A DNA stretch of 64,000 nt from Treponema sp. GTDB lineage: Bacteria; Spirochaetota; Spirochaetia; Treponematales; Treponemataceae. A model generated the notes under the pieces. That model had not been told where the DNA came from and searched no databases. It saw only the letters and a program-made list of their open reading frames with translations. The position numbers were made by a program, and so were the translations under genes. The stretch is from contig JAEDJA010000008.1 in assembly GCA_016296575.1 (NCBI GenBank), forward strand, positions 3,921 to 67,920. The letters run 5' to 3'. Below are positions 29,269 to 39,764 of the stretch, piece after piece (position 1 is the first letter of the stretch; every line of letters starts with the position of its first letter).

Positions 29269-31686
29269 CTATTTATTTACAAGGTTGAATGAAAGCACGA
29301 ACTGTGGCTTCTTATCTAACAATTTAATTTCACCATCAACAGTCTTAAACTTCCATGTGAAAAGCATATGAAGCGGGAACTGAGGAAGAAGGAATCTGAT
29401 TGAAGGTCCATAACTGAAGTAAAAATCATCAAGTTTTGTCTGTGTGAACAGTTCAATTGTGTCATTTTTTACAACAGCCGCATCAAAGAATCCTGCAACA
29501 CCAATTACATTTGGTGCAAGTGGAATACGCAATTCAATATTGTTTGTCCACATAGCTTTTCCACGGTATTGAGGAGCATAAAGGGTCTGCCAGCCTCGTC
29601 CATTGAACATACCATCAATATAAAGCTTGTGTGTATCACTGAAATAGTTAGATGTTGGATATACGCCGTAAAGCCCAGTCTGAGCAGCAAATACAAGTTT
29701 AAATGACCAGATATCAGATACAGGAATATCAAGAAGCTTTACATATCCTTCAAGTTTTGTTTCTGAACGAAGATAGAATTCAGACTCAACCATAGGTATA
29801 AATCCATACCAGGAAAGTTTTTCAGAGAAGAACCATCCTTTTGTTGGATCATAGTTTACATCACGTCCATCCATAGAGAATGAAGTCCAGATACTGTTGG
29901 AAAGTCCCCATCGGTTGGCATACTGTGCATAAGTTGGATCTACAGGGATATAAATACTTTCATCATAGCGATTGGAAGTAATTGCATTGTTGATACCACC
30001 AGCCAGTGTAAGAATAGCAAAATTTGGTACCCAACGGCGACCAATTGAGTTTCCAAGATTTACTGTAAAACCGTCAACCGGCATATAATAATCTTTTGTA
30101 TTGATAGTACCGTCGGCATCATTTCCAATGCGCAAAGCCTGATCTGTATTATGTGATACAGCCAGAGAAGAACTGAACTGAATTGGAAGATTTTTAATCC
30201 ATGACTGTCCGTAAGTTACATCCAATGACTGCTCTGTTGTAGAAAGTGTTACACCTGTTGAAAGGGATCGTCCTTCACCAAAAAGGTTGGAATTTTCAAG
30301 TTTTCCAAAAACACTGAATGGCATTACAAAATCACCGGAGGTCTGAGCCTGAGCACCAGAGAATGTAAGACCAAACTGAACTGTATTTGTAGATTGTTCT
30401 TCAACAGTAAATACCATATCTACAAGGTTTGGTTCACTACCCTGATTATATTCCGGGTTTACAACAGAGAAATACTGTGTATTGTAAAGGTTACGAAGAC
30501 CACTCATAATGCGGTCACGGGAGAAAACATCACCGCTTTCAATAGGAATTTCACGAAGGATTACATAATCTTTTGTTTTTGTATTTCCTTTTACAGAAAT
30601 GTTTTCAATGTGGCTTCGAGGATTTTCAGAAATAAAGATGTTATAAGAAATCTCATGTTTATCTGCATCTTTTGAAGGAACAGGATTAAATCCAAGGCTC
30701 ATATAACCGTTCTCATAATAAAGAGAAGTGATATTCATCATTGCCTGCTGGAATTTAGTATTATCGTAAACTGCACCCTGTTTTAAAGTAATATATGAAG
30801 CAAGTCTTTCTGTTGGGAAAACTTCATTTCCAACAAAAGATGTACCGTTATAAATATACTGTGAACCTTCTGAAATGTAATAAATGATGGAAAGTTCATT
30901 CCGTGATTTATCTTCATTTAAAGTAGATGTGATTACAACATCATCAATGGAAAAATCAATATAACCGCGTTCCTGATAATATGCACTTATAATCTGTTTA
31001 TCAGTTTCAAGTGTTGACTGCTGAAAAGCTCCATCCTTAAAAAGACCAGCTTCTTTAAGTTTAAGCTTTCCTTTTAATGTACGTTCAGAAACAATTGTAT
31101 TTCCTGAAAAACCAATTTTACTAATTACAGTCTTAGAACCTTCATCAATATTGAAAGTAACTACAATATCACCTTTATCAGTTACAGATGTTGTATGAGA
31201 TACTGTAGCGTCTGTAAAACCTTTGGAAATATAGTAATCACGGAGATTGCGGTCATCATAAAGGACAGATGATTCAATATAAACATCGCTCACCTTTACA
31301 TTAACTTTATCTCGTAAATCACCGTTTCTAAGCTGACTGTTACCATTAAACTCAATTTTTCCAACAACAGGTCGTTCAACTACCTGAAAAACAATACGAA
31401 TTTTTTCAGGATTTCTGGCATGTTTTACATAAGGAACAATATCTTCAAAGTAATCAAGAGCATAAAGACGATCAAGCATTTCTGCATATAATTCTTCGGT
31501 AAACTCTTTATCTTCATAAGAAGATGACACTGCAGTAAGATTTGATTTTTTTACATTATTGAGACCTTCATAATCTACTTCAGCAATTTTACGGTTCCAG
31601 AACCAGTCATCATCTTCAGCAGAAAGGTTTGTAAGGGCTGCAATAACAAGTAAACCAGCTACTATAAATTTCTTAAATACTTTCAT
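29269..31686 (-). CDS. bamA: Outer-membrane protein assembly factor BamA
   Basis: POTRA repeats (GNTKTKDYVILRE), ENSNLFGEG, C-terminal barrel with NGRGW. Confidence 0.95.
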   Translation of the reverse strand: MKVFKKFIVAGLLVIAALTNLSAEDDDWFWNRKIAEVDYEGLNNVKKSNLTAVSSSYEDKEFTEELYAEMLDRLYALDYFEDIVPYVKHARNPEKIRIVFQVVERPVVGKIEFNGNSQLRNGDLRDKVNVKVSDVYIESSVLYDDRNLRDYYISKGFTDATVSHTTSVTDKGDIVVTFNIDEGSKTVISKIGFSGNTIVSERTLKGKLKLKEAGLFKDGAFQQSTLETDKQIISAYYQERGYIDFSIDDVVITSTLNEDKSRNELSIIYYISEGSQYIYNGTSFVGNEVFPTERLASYITLKQGAVYDNTKFQQAMMNITSLYYENGYMSLGFNPVPSKDADKHEISYNIFISENPRSHIENISVKGNTKTKDYVILREIPIESGDVFSRDRIMSGLRNLYNTQYFSVVNPEYNQGSEPNLVDMVFTVEEQSTNTVQFGLTFSGAQAQTSGDFVMPFSVFGKLENSNLFGEGRSLSTGVTLSTTEQSLDVTYGQSWIKNLPIQFSSSLAVSHNTDQALRIGNDADGTINTKDYYMPVDGFTVNLGNSIGRRWVPNFAILTLAGGINNAITSNRYDESIYIPVDPTYAQYANRWGLSNSIWTSFSMDGRDVNYDPTKGWFFSEKLSWYGFIPMVESEFYLRSETKLEGYVKLLDIPVSDIWSFKLVFAAQTGLYGVYPTSNYFSDTHKLYIDGMFNGRGWQTLYAPQYRGKAMWTNNIELRIPLAPNVIGVAGFFDAAVVKNDTIELFTQTKLDDFYFSYGPSIRFLLPQFPLHMLFTWKFKTVDGEIKLLDKKPQFVLSFNLVNK

Positions 31687-31697
31687 AATTCCTCAGG

Positions 31698-34600
31698 TTA
31701 AAAGTTAAATTTCCAGGAAAGCGTCAATGACGAATCTGGAACAAACTGTTTTTTCATCAGGGCTTCCAGATTTGGAGCAATGTTCCATCGTATATTTCCA
31801 AAAGGAGATTCCATTTCAAAACCCAGTTCAGGCTGGAATAGAAGTCCGCTTCTAAAAAAGTTCTCGCTTAAAACACGCTCATTGTAAGTTACATGCATCA
31901 TGGCATCAAAATACAATGAACTTCCCAGGTACTTACCTATATAAACAGTTGAGTTATCAAAAAAGTTACCGAAAGAATAATTTTTTATACTGCTATTTTC
32001 TCGATCAGTTCCGATACTCAACGCATTCTTTATAACATTGGTTCTGACAGAAAATATATCAAAATTCATCAAATCTCGCAATGTATTTTCAAACTTTCTT
32101 CCTATTGTAGAGGATATTGCATAGTCACTTGCCGTGAAGATAAAATCCCTTACATTGGTAGAATCACCGATTACAATCTGTCCCAAAAGATACATAATTT
32201 CATTTTCTGATCTGGCTGGAACACTGGAGAAACGAGGCTTTAGATTCTGAAGATACTGGTTCTGAGCAGAGAAAATGATTCTGATATTTTCACCTTTTTC
32301 ATCCCTTTCACGAGTTTCTGCAGTAATAGTAACAAGAGGATTAAGAAGTCCTGAAATTTCGTTATTTGTAAACTGAATTTCTCCTTCCTTAATATAGAAA
32401 GATCTGTTCAAATAAGAAACGTCTCCTGATTTAAGTAAGAATTTTCCATTGAGCAAAAGATTTTCTAATTCACCATCGTAAACTACATTAAATGCTGTAT
32501 CCGGAACAAAAACACAGCGAAGGATAGGATCTACAGAAAGCTTTGCATGAGAACCAAGTGTTACATCAACATTACAGTTTGTAATTATAGGAGGCTTTTT
32601 TTTATTGCGGTTTATCATGTTGATATTAAATCTGGCTTCAGCATTTTCAGCAAAAACCTTACCTGTTACATCAAAAATCTTTTTTTCAAAAACCAGATCC
32701 AGATCAACAGAAGCATAACCTTCAATAACAGCATCTATCAAATCAAGAGTTACAGGAACAGAAGCTTTTTCTTTTGTATAAACCTTACCTTCAATATGAT
32801 CCAGATTCCATTTATTCATAAAGATTTTACAGCCGGCATAAAGATTATTATTTTTCTTAACTTTATATACGTTTTCAACTACAGTAATTTCATTCTGATA
32901 AAGTGTAATCATTGTTTTTTCAGTTGAAATTTTTTCAGGTATAACCTTTGTAATTGATGCCTCTGGTTTTAAAACAGAACAGGCACCAGTAAATTCAGGA
33001 TTATCAATATCACCAGTAATATTGATTGATCCATTTAAAATACCGTTGTAAACATGAATTGAATCATCAAGGTTTATATAAGAAAAAATATTTCGTAAAT
33101 CAGCAAAAATCTTTGAAAGACGAATAGCAATTTTTGTTTCTGAAACTGTTCCAAATGCAGTCATAGACATAAAGCCTTCGGATAACAGTTCTGCATTAAT
33201 TTCTTTTGTTGAAAAATTGAAAATACCGTTTAATCCCAAATTGCTGCTGGAAGAAAATGTAACTAAATCACCAAATTTTCTTGCATCAATAAAGAAGCCG
33301 GTCTGTTTTTTGAAGAAGGATCCTCCCAGGTTTGGACAGGAAAGAGTGAGTGCACAAGACTGTGGAATAATTTTTCCCTGCTCTTTTACAGCATCATAAA
33401 ATTTGAGACTTACAGGAATATCTACATTTTTATTGGAAAGCTCAGTAAGCAAAGTTCCTTCCATTTCGCCGTCATAACTGTCTAATGAAAAATTCAGTTT
33501 GTTAATAGCAAAAAGAAGATTGTTGTAATTTATAGAAAAACTGTCCGCGGTAATAAGCTCATCTTCCAGGTAAGCTGCACCAGTAAGCTTTGCAATGTAG
33601 CCGTTGAAATATGCAGAACAGTTTTCAATATTAACGCCCACATAAGGATGCTCAAGAGTTCCCGTAAATGAAACAGAAGCGGTAATGGTATTATTCTCGT
33701 TATTGACGTAAGTCCATCGGTTAAGACTTATATTATTTGCAGCAATTTCACAGTCAAAATAGTAATTGTGAAGGAAAGCATCAATACTGAAAGGAAGCTG
33801 TTCTGGATTTGAAGCATTCATAAGAATTGAAAGTGATTCATCGGTCACAGAATTCGAAAGATTTAGACTAAGACCAACACCGTCAAAAATACCATTTTCC
33901 TGATTTACATAAACATCCGCATTTCCATTCATAACTGAATAAAGATCGGAATAAGAAATATCATGAAGCTGAGCTCCGTAGCGGTTAAGTGTTCCTGAAA
34001 TAAACGCATGAGGATTTGTTGAAAGCTGACCGGAAGCTTCATCCAATTCAAATCTAATAATCTTGACCTCAGGTCCCTGTTCCTTATTATATGAAAAAGT
34101 TGTATCAAAGGTTGTAGTAAAGGTTTGATCAAGTACTGGAATTGGAAAAGAATCAGCAATAATCGAGCCATACAAAGAAGGATTTTCTGTATTTGCAAGC
34201 CCATCAAGGAAAACATCTAAAGTAAGATTATAATCACCAGAAACATGAAGCACATCTTGCAGATAATTTCCGCTAAAGTGATAAGGAATGTTAAACGCAT
34301 TGAAATCACACTGGAAGAAAATGTCACTGCTGGAAGGATCCATATCAAGGTTGAAGGATGCATGGAAGGAATTTTTCCCAATTACAAGATTCATATCATT
34401 CAAGGAAAGGTTGATTTCGTTTCCGTTGACACTTGCCATAAGAGCCTGATTTTCTAGTGCAGTATTGGCACAAAGAATGTAAGGAACATTGTAGGAAAAA
34501 GTGTTGAAATCAGTGGAAAAATATGCATCCGAAGAAAACATGAAGGTAGATAATTTTGATGAATAGCCCTGGAGTTTACTTGAAGTTTCCAGTGGAAGAA

Positions 34601-36098
34601 ATTTACAGGCCGTATCAAGTAGAGAATCCAGATAAAAACTGTTTACAGAAAGTGAGGACTGAACAAATCCAGAAGAAAAAAGATAACTACCGTCTACAGC
34701 AATTCTAGAAGGCTCTTCATTTTCGTAATGAGAATAGTCATAAGCTTCAAAAGTAAAATCAACAGAATCAACATTTGGAAGAATATTTAACTGGAGAGCA
34801 GTAAAAACCTTGTCGTCGATGAAAACCTGTGGAACAAAAACCATAAAGCCTTTATCCATAGGATCAAAATATAATTCCGTAGAAATAATATTTCCATTTG
34901 GAAGAAGAATTTTCTGGACTTCAGCCGAACCTGTAAGGGAAAGTGTTTTTAAATCAAAACCTGCATTCAGGGAAGCATCGTATTTTTCTCCCTTTACAGA
35001 AAGGTTTTGAATATTAAAGTATCTTTCATCACCATCAGCTTTTAAAGAATATAGATTCCAGCCTTCACCATCCGGGGCAAGAACATCCCCTGTCAAATCC
35101 CAGAACAGTTTTCCATTTTGATAAACGGCACTTGCCTGTGAATCAATTTTAAGATTCTGGAAAAGATGTGCAAAATCTGACTTAACTGATGCTGAAAAAA
35201 CCTGTTTTGGCGAAAGATTCTCGGTTTTTACCACGGCAGAAAGTTTTTTATCTTTAAGTGAATAAGAACAGTCAACGAGCAAAGGAAAAGTATTCTGGAT
35301 TGTATCAAGAAAAAATGAATCATCAGCAAAAAAAAGTTTAAGATTAAATTTGTTGAAAAAATAATTCCCCGCCCTAAGATCACTAAGTGTAAAAGTAAGG
35401 GAAGAATCATTTAAACCGTTCAAAAGAAGTCCTTGAAGATTAATTGATGATGAAATTTTAAAACCATTGATCTTAAAAAATGCAGACAGTACACTTTTCA
35501 TTGAAATTTCCAGCTGCTGTCTTTTCTGAGTATAAACAAGTCCGATTTTTTTAATATCCAGTGCACCTTGAACTGTTTCATTTTCATAAGATACAGTGAC
35601 ATTTTTTACAGAAACGTTTAATGGAATTGTAATTTCAAATTTTTCCTTTAAGTAAGTGATAAAATAATTTACATCCAGCTGACTATTTTTTTCCTGGTTT
35701 TGATTTTCAGCAAGTCTTGTAATTACGGGAATCAGTTTTTCTGCTTTTAGATCTACACCGTCAATAACAATCGAAGAAATAATGTTTTCATATCGTCTGT
35801 GTATAAGATTCCAAAAACTGTAGTTCACCTTAATTTTTTTAATTGAAGCAACAGTTTCATCAGAATCATCGCAGACAGAAACACCGGTAAGATTTACGGA
35901 AGAAAAGATTGATGGTGAAAGATTTTTAAAAGAAACGTGCAGTGAAGTTGTCTTATAGATTTCTTTCTGAGCCGATTTAACAAGAGAAGAAAACTCATTA
36001 GAAATTAGTCTCCCTACCGGTTTTGAAACGAAAACCGACAGCAAAATGAGAAATGCAAAAACAGCGAGACTAAAAATTTTTTTCGATTGAGTTTTCAA
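31698..36098 (-). CDS. tamB: TamB/AsmA-like translocation and assembly module protein
   Basis: 1466 aa with an N-terminal anchor, a beta-rich body and a DUF490-like C-terminus (VYIGKYLG...LSWKFNF). TTG start; upstream of bamA. Confidence 0.8.
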   Translation of the reverse strand: MKTQSKKIFSLAVFAFLILLSVFVSKPVGRLISNEFSSLVKSAQKEIYKTTSLHVSFKNLSPSIFSSVNLTGVSVCDDSDETVASIKKIKVNYSFWNLIHRRYENIISSIVIDGVDLKAEKLIPVITRLAENQNQEKNSQLDVNYFITYLKEKFEITIPLNVSVKNVTVSYENETVQGALDIKKIGLVYTQKRQQLEISMKSVLSAFFKINGFKISSSINLQGLLLNGLNDSSLTFTLSDLRAGNYFFNKFNLKLFFADDSFFLDTIQNTFPLLVDCSYSLKDKKLSAVVKTENLSPKQVFSASVKSDFAHLFQNLKIDSQASAVYQNGKLFWDLTGDVLAPDGEGWNLYSLKADGDERYFNIQNLSVKGEKYDASLNAGFDLKTLSLTGSAEVQKILLPNGNIISTELYFDPMDKGFMVFVPQVFIDDKVFTALQLNILPNVDSVDFTFEAYDYSHYENEEPSRIAVDGSYLFSSGFVQSSLSVNSFYLDSLLDTACKFLPLETSSKLQGYSSKLSTFMFSSDAYFSTDFNTFSYNVPYILCANTALENQALMASVNGNEINLSLNDMNLVIGKNSFHASFNLDMDPSSSDIFFQCDFNAFNIPYHFSGNYLQDVLHVSGDYNLTLDVFLDGLANTENPSLYGSIIADSFPIPVLDQTFTTTFDTTFSYNKEQGPEVKIIRFELDEASGQLSTNPHAFISGTLNRYGAQLHDISYSDLYSVMNGNADVYVNQENGIFDGVGLSLNLSNSVTDESLSILMNASNPEQLPFSIDAFLHNYYFDCEIAANNISLNRWTYVNNENNTITASVSFTGTLEHPYVGVNIENCSAYFNGYIAKLTGAAYLEDELITADSFSINYNNLLFAINKLNFSLDSYDGEMEGTLLTELSNKNVDIPVSLKFYDAVKEQGKIIPQSCALTLSCPNLGGSFFKKQTGFFIDARKFGDLVTFSSSSNLGLNGIFNFSTKEINAELLSEGFMSMTAFGTVSETKIAIRLSKIFADLRNIFSYINLDDSIHVYNGILNGSINITGDIDNPEFTGACSVLKPEASITKVIPEKISTEKTMITLYQNEITVVENVYKVKKNNNLYAGCKIFMNKWNLDHIEGKVYTKEKASVPVTLDLIDAVIEGYASVDLDLVFEKKIFDVTGKVFAENAEARFNINMINRNKKKPPIITNCNVDVTLGSHAKLSVDPILRCVFVPDTAFNVVYDGELENLLLNGKFLLKSGDVSYLNRSFYIKEGEIQFTNNEISGLLNPLVTITAETRERDEKGENIRIIFSAQNQYLQNLKPRFSSVPARSENEIMYLLGQIVIGDSTNVRDFIFTASDYAISSTIGRKFENTLRDLMNFDIFSVRTNVIKNALSIGTDRENSSIKNYSFGNFFDNSTVYIGKYLGSSLYFDAMMHVTYNERVLSENFFRSGLLFQPELGFEMESPFGNIRWNIAPNLEALMKKQFVPDSSLTLSWKFNF

Positions 36099-36164
36099 TT
36101 CTTTTCTTATATATTATATCTTATTATAGCGAAAAATAAGCAGAAAAAAAACAGGATTGAATCA

Positions 36165-36767
36165 ATGATACTTAAGAATTTTTATGTATTTGAAGGAATA
36201 GACGGAAGCGGAACTACAACGCAAATCAATCTTCTTAAAGAAAAGCTTGGCGAAAAATGCGTAAAAACCGCTGAACCTACTTCAGGAGAAACCGGACTTT
36301 TTTTACGAAAAATTCTTAAAGGCGAAATTAAAACTGATCCTAAAACACAAGCATTTCTTTTTGCCGCAGACCGGTGTGAGCATCTTTATGGTGAAAATGG
36401 AATCATCAGTAATACGGAAAAAGGAAAAATTGTAATTTCAGACCGATACCTTTTTTCTAGTCTTGCATATCAGTCTGTTTGCTGCGGTGAAGAGCTTCCA
36501 AAATTATTAAATCAAAGTTTTCCTCTTCCAGAAATTCTTTTCTTTTTTGAAATTGATCCGGAAATCTCTTTAGAACGGGTAAATAAAAGAGGCGAAACCA
36601 AGGAAATTTTTGAAAAAATTGATTACCAGAAAAATACAGCTCAATGGTACAACAAAGTAATTACAGCCTACGAAAATGATCCTGAATGTAACATGAAAGT
36701 AGTCAGAATTGATGCATCAAAATCCATTGAAGATATTTCAAAAGTAATTCAGGATAACCTCCGATAA
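36165..36767 (+). CDS. tmk: Thymidylate kinase
   Basis: FEGIDGSGTTTQ, LFAADR, SDRYLFSSLAYQ. Likely start is the ATG at 36165. Confidence 0.95.
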   Translation: MILKNFYVFEGIDGSGTTTQINLLKEKLGEKCVKTAEPTSGETGLFLRKILKGEIKTDPKTQAFLFAADRCEHLYGENGIISNTEKGKIVISDRYLFSSLAYQSVCCGEELPKLLNQSFPLPEILFFFEIDPEISLERVNKRGETKEIFEKIDYQKNTAQWYNKVITAYENDPECNMKVVRIDASKSIEDISKVIQDNLR

Positions 36768-36774
36768 ATAAATT

Positions 36775-37377
36775 ATGAAAAAAGCAGTTCTTACTGTTCT
36801 TATTTTTGCAGTTTTCCTCACTACACTTCCTGCATACATGGTAAAATACAAGGAAGATTATTATAAACTGTACCACGTTCATTATCAGCAGCTGCCTGAC
36901 GACTGTATTGAAAATATTTACTGGCTTGAAAAAGCTGCACAGGCTGATTTTTGTAATCCACAGTTCACAGGAAAAAAAATTACAACAGAAACTGAATGGG
37001 AAAAATACCGCTACCTTTTCCAGATGCACATAAATCTGAAATTAATTGAACAGCATCTTAGATTGGGACGTATTTACGATAAAAAAGTTGCCTATTTTTA
37101 TGATGCACCTTGGAAGGAAGAATACCTGAACAATATAGAAAAAGCTCTCAGCTGTTATGAGGCAGGATATTACTACTGGCAGGAAGCAAAACTCTGGTAT
37201 GAAAAAGCCAATGAGTCAAAATTCAATTTTCTTTTTATAACAGATTGTCAAAGCTGGGAAGATGAACGGGAGCGTATAAAAACCGGTGACCTGAATTACG
37301 AAAAAATGCTGAACCGTGAAATTGAACGTCTTAAAAAAGTAAAAGCAGACCTTGAAGCAATGGACAAAACCTACTAG
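36775..37377 (+). CDS. Secreted helical hypothetical protein
   Basis: Signal peptide MKKAVLTVLIFAVFLTTLPA; Tyr/Trp-rich helical body. Confidence 0.8.
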   Translation: MKKAVLTVLIFAVFLTTLPAYMVKYKEDYYKLYHVHYQQLPDDCIENIYWLEKAAQADFCNPQFTGKKITTETEWEKYRYLFQMHINLKLIEQHLRLGRIYDKKVAYFYDAPWKEEYLNNIEKALSCYEAGYYYWQEAKLWYEKANESKFNFLFITDCQSWEDERERIKTGDLNYEKMLNREIERLKKVKADLEAMDKTY

Positions 37378-39701
37378 GCTTTTTTTGAAACAGGATCTAA
37401 AGGTAAGTATTTTTCTTCAAACTCACTGACTGGTAAAGGTTTTGAAAAATAATGTCCCTGGAAAAGCTTTCCACCAGCTGATTTCATAAAGTTCAACTGC
37501 TCTTCTGTTTCTACACCTTCAGTAATAACAGGAAGTTCCAGCTCTTTTGCCATTTGCAAAATAATACGAATGATTTTTTTACTGCGTTCTGTATTATTAG
37601 TTGTAGCAAGAAAAGCCATATCAAGTTTAAGATAATCAACAGTAATGTCTTTCAGGGAGTTCAATGAAGAATAACCTGAGCCAAAGTCATCCATTTCAAT
37701 CTTAAAACCAAAATCCTGAAGTTTTTTTAATAGATTCAGCTGTTTTTCCAGGTCAAACATAATTGCCGATTCAGTGATTTCAAGATTAAGCATGGATGGT
37801 TCAATATTGTATTTTTTTACAAGAGAAGTAATATCTTCAAAAACATCAGTAAAATAAAAGTCCTTTGGTGATATGTTCACAGAAATACAACAGTCTTTTC
37901 GACCTTCATCTTTCCATCTTCTTAAGGTCTTACATGCCATTTCCCAAACACAATAATCCAGCTTTGCAATGGAACCTGTTTTTTCAAAAATGCTGATAAA
38001 ATCGATTGGCATAACAAGCCCTTTTTCCGGCTGAAACCATCGTACAAGAGCTTCTGCACCAAAAAGCTTACCGTTTAAATCTAACTGCGGCTGAAGGAAA
38101 ATTGTAAACTGCTCTTTTTCCATAGCCTTTTCAAGCAATGCAGCTATATTCTGTTCCTGAATAGCATGATCACGCATTTCATCAGAATAATAGGCAATTG
38201 ATTTACTGTAATCACTTTTTATGGATGCAAGTGCAAGTAAAGAACGGTCACACATTACAGAAACTGGAAGAGATTTGTTTGTAACTACATAAACACCAAT
38301 TGCCATTCTGATACGGTAAATATCACTTCCATCTACACTAACTGATTGGTACGCCATATCAAGAAACCATTTTTCATCATAGCGTTCAGCTGGCATACAT
38401 AAAACAAAACAGTCACTATGAAGACGCGCATAAATTGAACTTTCCTTGGAAAGAGTTTTTAATGCATTGGCAATCTGTTTAAGAATCTTATCACCGGCAC
38501 TTTGGCCAAAAACATCATTTATAAGTTTAAATCCTTTAATATTTGAAGTGATAATGATAAAATCACGGTCCGGTTGTTCTGCAAAAACTTTAGCAACTTT
38601 TTTATAAAAAGTTTCCCGATTATAAACACCTGTAAGATAGTCATGAGTTGCAAGATAACGCTGCTCGTTAAGTTTGTTCATAAGGTCTGTGTTATCCTGG
38701 ATAATAAAATAAGAACCAAGATACATCTTCTTATCATCAAGAAGGACAGAAAATGAAACCTCATAATAATGAAGTTTTCCACCCCTTTCAAAAGATTCAT
38801 CCCATTTTATTAACTGATTTTCCTTCCATTCAGGATGTTCTTGCTGCCAGGTAATAAAATAATTTTCCAATCTGGAAAAATCATTTGTATCAACAGAAAT
38901 ATTAAACAGTTCACGAATCTGATTGTTTACGAAAATTGCACTGCCATCCTTATCAAAGCAGACAACACCTACATCAGTATCATCAAATACATTGAAAAGC
39001 ATTCCCTTTCGTACTTCGGAAGGCGAATAAAAGATTGCAAAATATTCAAGAATAATACCACCAATCCCAAAAGCAAACACAGAAATGTCTACCTGGAAAC
39101 GGGTAAAAACGTAAAGCATATCAATAAAAACCGGAATTATAAAAGCCAGAAGCACTTCCACATACTTCCGCTTATATAATTTTGGTGATTTTATGATAGC
39201 AAAAATATTTTCAATCAAAATTAAAAAAATTAGAATATACGAAAAAAGTAAATGCAGTGTATAAAGGGAAGATCTGCTGCTGTTAATTTTATAAAAAGCT
39301 TCACCCTGAAATTCAGTAATAGTAAGGGTAAAATAAAGCGGGTAAAATGTGTTGATTATAAAAGCTATAGTTTCAATTATACAGTAAATATAACAGCCTA
39401 TAACAACAAGTTTTATTTCATGGCCAGATTTTGTATATTTATTCGAAAATTTCTTAAAATACAGAACAAGCCAGGAAAAAGAAGCCGAAAACAGATTCAT
39501 GAATAGAAGAACCAGTTTTTCATTGTGAAGCAAAATAGACATAACATGAAAAACTGATGCCAAAATAGCTATGAGAATAATATATCTTATATCATTAGAA
39601 CAGTAGTGCTTAGATTTCCAAACAATATTTAATCCAATCGAAAGAATTAATATTGAAATAAAAAGAAAAGATACTGTTAAGGAATGCAAAAATCCTGCCA
39701 T
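37374..39701 (-). CDS. 7TM sensor-PAS-degenerate GGDEF-EAL protein (c-di-GMP phosphodiesterase)
   Basis: About 7 TM helices, a PAS-like segment, GGDEF degenerated to RLHSDCF, and an intact EAL domain (QP, EALVRW, SVN, EITE, DDFGSGYSS, KLD, EGVE, QG). Confidence 0.92.
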   Translation of the reverse strand: MAGFLHSLTVSFLFISILILSIGLNIVWKSKHYCSNDIRYIILIAILASVFHVMSILLHNEKLVLLFMNLFSASFSWLVLYFKKFSNKYTKSGHEIKLVVIGCYIYCIIETIAFIINTFYPLYFTLTITEFQGEAFYKINSSRSSLYTLHLLFSYILIFLILIENIFAIIKSPKLYKRKYVEVLLAFIIPVFIDMLYVFTRFQVDISVFAFGIGGIILEYFAIFYSPSEVRKGMLFNVFDDTDVGVVCFDKDGSAIFVNNQIRELFNISVDTNDFSRLENYFITWQQEHPEWKENQLIKWDESFERGGKLHYYEVSFSVLLDDKKMYLGSYFIIQDNTDLMNKLNEQRYLATHDYLTGVYNRETFYKKVAKVFAEQPDRDFIIITSNIKGFKLINDVFGQSAGDKILKQIANALKTLSKESSIYARLHSDCFVLCMPAERYDEKWFLDMAYQSVSVDGSDIYRIRMAIGVYVVTNKSLPVSVMCDRSLLALASIKSDYSKSIAYYSDEMRDHAIQEQNIAALLEKAMEKEQFTIFLQPQLDLNGKLFGAEALVRWFQPEKGLVMPIDFISIFEKTGSIAKLDYCVWEMACKTLRRWKDEGRKDCCISVNISPKDFYFTDVFEDITSLVKKYNIEPSMLNLEITESAIMFDLEKQLNLLKKLQDFGFKIEMDDFGSGYSSLNSLKDITVDYLKLDMAFLATTNNTERSKKIIRIILQMAKELELPVITEGVETEEQLNFMKSAGGKLFQGHYFSKPLPVSEFEEKYLPLDPVSKKA

Positions 39702-39764
39702 AAACGACTAAAAAGTATATCAGATATTGGAAAAAAGTCAAAAAAACAGTAATATAAATATATC

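Noticed and set aside
36087..36164. Extended tmk N-terminus from the TTG at 36087
   Set aside because: It overlaps the divergent tamB start and promoter region. The ATG at 36165 fits the normal position of the P-loop.
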